Below are positions 62,080-64,000 of a DNA stretch of 64,000 nucleotides, piece after piece. The notes beneath the pieces were generated by a model. It was not told the origin of the DNA and did no database searches. It saw nothing but the letters and a program-made list of their open reading frames with translations. This DNA is from an uncultured Planctomycetia bacterium. Its GTDB lineage: Bacteria; Omnitrophota; Gorgyraeia; 2-02-FULL-51-18. The DNA is taken from contig CAZXLF010000003.1 of assembly GCA_964642015.1 (NCBI GenBank), positions 100,204 to 164,203 on the forward strand. The letters run 5' to 3'. Position numbers and translations under genes: made by a program. The stretch's first letter is position 1. Each line of letters begins with the position of its first letter.

Positions 62080-63744
62080 ATGAAGGATCGTACGGGCATC
62101 ACTAAATACGAAATCAGTCAAACGTCAGCCCCTGAGAATAGTCTTACGCCTTTGAACGAAATTCTGAGCGAAGAAGCAAGGTTGCTGTCTCCTTTAACAG
62201 AAAATCTGGCTATCAACTGGGCCGAACTTTATCTCAACACGTTTGGCCGAAGCGCTTTCTTCTCCTCGCAGCGTGTCCATAAAATCTTTAAAGAACTGGT
62301 CGAACTTTTTGTGGCTTGTCTTCAGGAAAAACGTCATGATCTATACATGGCGAATCTAGAGGAAAAAGGCCTCGCTTTTTCTCGGTTAGGAGTTCCATTC
62401 GATGAGATCATTATTTCTTTGCATCTTTTTGAACAAGTCTGCGCCGACTCTTTGTTTAATTCGCAGATACCTCATACAAAATCTGCAAAAATGATGCTGG
62501 CTATGCGGGAGATCCACAATCAAGGTCTGGCAGCGCTTGCGGTCAGTTATTTCGAAAACACCAAAAATGAGATGCAATCCATCACAGATGGCTTACTCGA
62601 AGAAAATGCTTCTTTAAAAAAGGAGCTAGCCGAAGCTAAGGATTTTTTGCTTGCGCAGACCATGAAAGAATTAGATTCCATGCAGTTGGTGATCAGCGGC
62701 ATCAATCACAAACTCCGCCGCCGCGTTTATCAGCTGGGGCGGCTGCAGAAAATCAGCGAGGTCTTGGACGGAGAAGCTCATCTGCCAAAACTCATGAAGA
62801 TGGCCTCCCATCAAATGTTGGCGCTTTGTCCGGAAAATTCCAATCTTTTTTTTGCGTTCTTTGACGAAGAGAGAAAAAAGGTCAATGTCTATCATCAGGA
62901 ATCAAGGTCCAGCTCCCAATGCGATCTCATCAAAACCTTTTTTTTCTCTGAACTGCCTAAAGCGTTCCAAGACGCATTGTACGACGAAAACAAAAAACAC
63001 GGGCATTTTAACAACTATGAAAACATGCCTGCGGAGCTCTTGGATGTTTTTGCTGTAAAAAATCAGAGGGATTTCCTGCTTACACCGATCCGCCAGTACA
63101 GGGATGTGGTCGGATTTCTGCTGCTTGGGGTGCCGGTGGAAAACCTTTTCTCAAAGAATAATTACAAATTTTTCCAACGTGTCGGACAAGCGCTATCCAA
63201 AGCCATTGCAAACGCGCTTATTTTTACGAAGTCTAAACAACGGGATGATTTTGAACTGATCCTTGACCAGCTCAACAGAAAGAAAATCGGCGGCGGCTCT
63301 GTGGAAACAGTTCTTGATTTCTGTCTGGGCTCTCTGATAGATCTTTTAGGCGTCGAGCGTTCATCGCTGATGCGCTATCATGAAGACCAAAAAGAATTGC
63401 GCGTATGCGCAGCCAAAGGTTACAAAGTCTATCCCATCTCAGGGGCTCAGATCAAATGGGGAGAAGGGATCGCGGGGACAGCGCTCAGGGACGGCAAGAT
63501 CATTTCGATCGCAAAAATGAAAGACGCCAAAACTTACAAACAGCCCGAAGTCAAAGTTAAATCGCTTCTATGCGTACCGCTTATTGACCAGAATAAGCCC
63601 CTAGGCGTTGTGAACATGTCAACGATCAATTACTACAAAAATTTTGAGAAATCTGATATCGAAATGGCCCATCATGTCATCAACCGCATGGCGGATATCC
63701 TGAAAGAGCTCACCGGCAACCCATCAAGCCCGCCTAATCTGTGA
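62080..63744 (+). CDS. GAF-domain sensor protein without recognisable output domain
   Basis: N-terminal helical (RsbRD_N-like) domain, coiled coil, two GAF domains (ERSSLM, GEGIAG, SLLCVPL, FEKSD). Confidence 0.75.
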   Translation: MKDRTGITKYEISQTSAPENSLTPLNEILSEEARLLSPLTENLAINWAELYLNTFGRSAFFSSQRVHKIFKELVELFVACLQEKRHDLYMANLEEKGLAFSRLGVPFDEIIISLHLFEQVCADSLFNSQIPHTKSAKMMLAMREIHNQGLAALAVSYFENTKNEMQSITDGLLEENASLKKELAEAKDFLLAQTMKELDSMQLVISGINHKLRRRVYQLGRLQKISEVLDGEAHLPKLMKMASHQMLALCPENSNLFFAFFDEERKKVNVYHQESRSSSQCDLIKTFFFSELPKAFQDALYDENKKHGHFNNYENMPAELLDVFAVKNQRDFLLTPIRQYRDVVGFLLLGVPVENLFSKNNYKFFQRVGQALSKAIANALIFTKSKQRDDFELILDQLNRKKIGGGSVETVLDFCLGSLIDLLGVERSSLMRYHEDQKELRVCAAKGYKVYPISGAQIKWGEGIAGTALRDGKIISIAKMKDAKTYKQPEVKVKSLLCVPLIDQNKPLGVVNMSTINYYKNFEKSDIEMAHHVINRMADILKELTGNPSSPPNL

Positions 63745-63756
63745 GCTCGTAACACC

Positions 63757-64000
63757 ATGACCAAAAAATATGTCTTAAAAGACGTTCCGGCCGCGCACAC
63801 TTTCAGTATCGATTATAAGAACGCGCTGAATGATTCTCAGCTTGAGGTCGTCACAAAAGCGGATGGGCCGTGCCTGGTGCTTGCGGGCGCCGGCAGCGGT
63901 AAAACAAGGACATTGATCTACCGCGTGGCCTACCTTTTGGAAAAAGGAGTGAGACCTGAAGAAATCTTGTTCGTTACTTTCACCAATAAAGCAGCCGACG
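63757..64000 (+). CDS. UvrD/PcrA-family helicase, 5' part (runs off window)
   Basis: Read manually: [44 protein letters not shown]. Confidence 0.93.
   Translation, partial: MTKKYVLKDVPAAHTFSIDYKNALNDSQLEVVTKADGPCLVLAGAGSGKTRTLIYRVAYLLEKGVRPEEILFVTFTNKAAD

Overview
Bacterial chromosomal housekeeping segment, almost entirely on the + strand and densely packed with overlapping stop/start codons. Order: 3' alaS - hisDBHAFI - trpEGDCFBA - manC - yqgF - M16 and M50 peptidases - rpe - phosphomannomutase - lepA - lepB - pgsA - plsY - [HD-GYP + orphan] - gpsA - tRNA-Pro(GGG) - hom - thrC - degenerate apgM - lysC - cimA - valS - nadC - uvrB - birA - coaX - CIRCE/groES/groEL - CusF-like - guaB3 - fchA - folD - metF - panB - hemX-like/hemA/hemC/cobA-hemD/hemB/hemL - polyprenyl synthase - mnmA - tRNA(CAT) - four secreted unknowns - tilS - rpsU - DUF1844 - RmuC-like nuclease - PC4 - membrane CBM protein - ParA-CBM48 fusion - Nudix - DUF151 - TIGR04073-like - GAF protein - 5' uvrD/pcrA. 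Gene content suggests a PVC-superphylum organism, possibly Omnitrophota (inference only). No mobile element, prophage or CRISPR array was seen. The best candidate for an undescribed system is 58212-60937, where an orphan ParA ATPase fused to a glycogen-binding CBM48 domain sits with a PC4 DNA-binding protein, a membrane-anchored carbohydrate-binding protein and an ADP-sugar Nudix enzyme, a possible glycogen/alpha-glucan granule positioning module. Other oddities: a catalytically eroded ApgM in the thr operon, a CusF-like protein with acidic instead of Met ligands, a FolD lacking cyclohydrolase residues next to FchA, a tiny secreted peptide opposite two paralogous secreted proteins, and an internal duplication in LepB. 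All family assignments come from motif recognition by eye, not from database searches.
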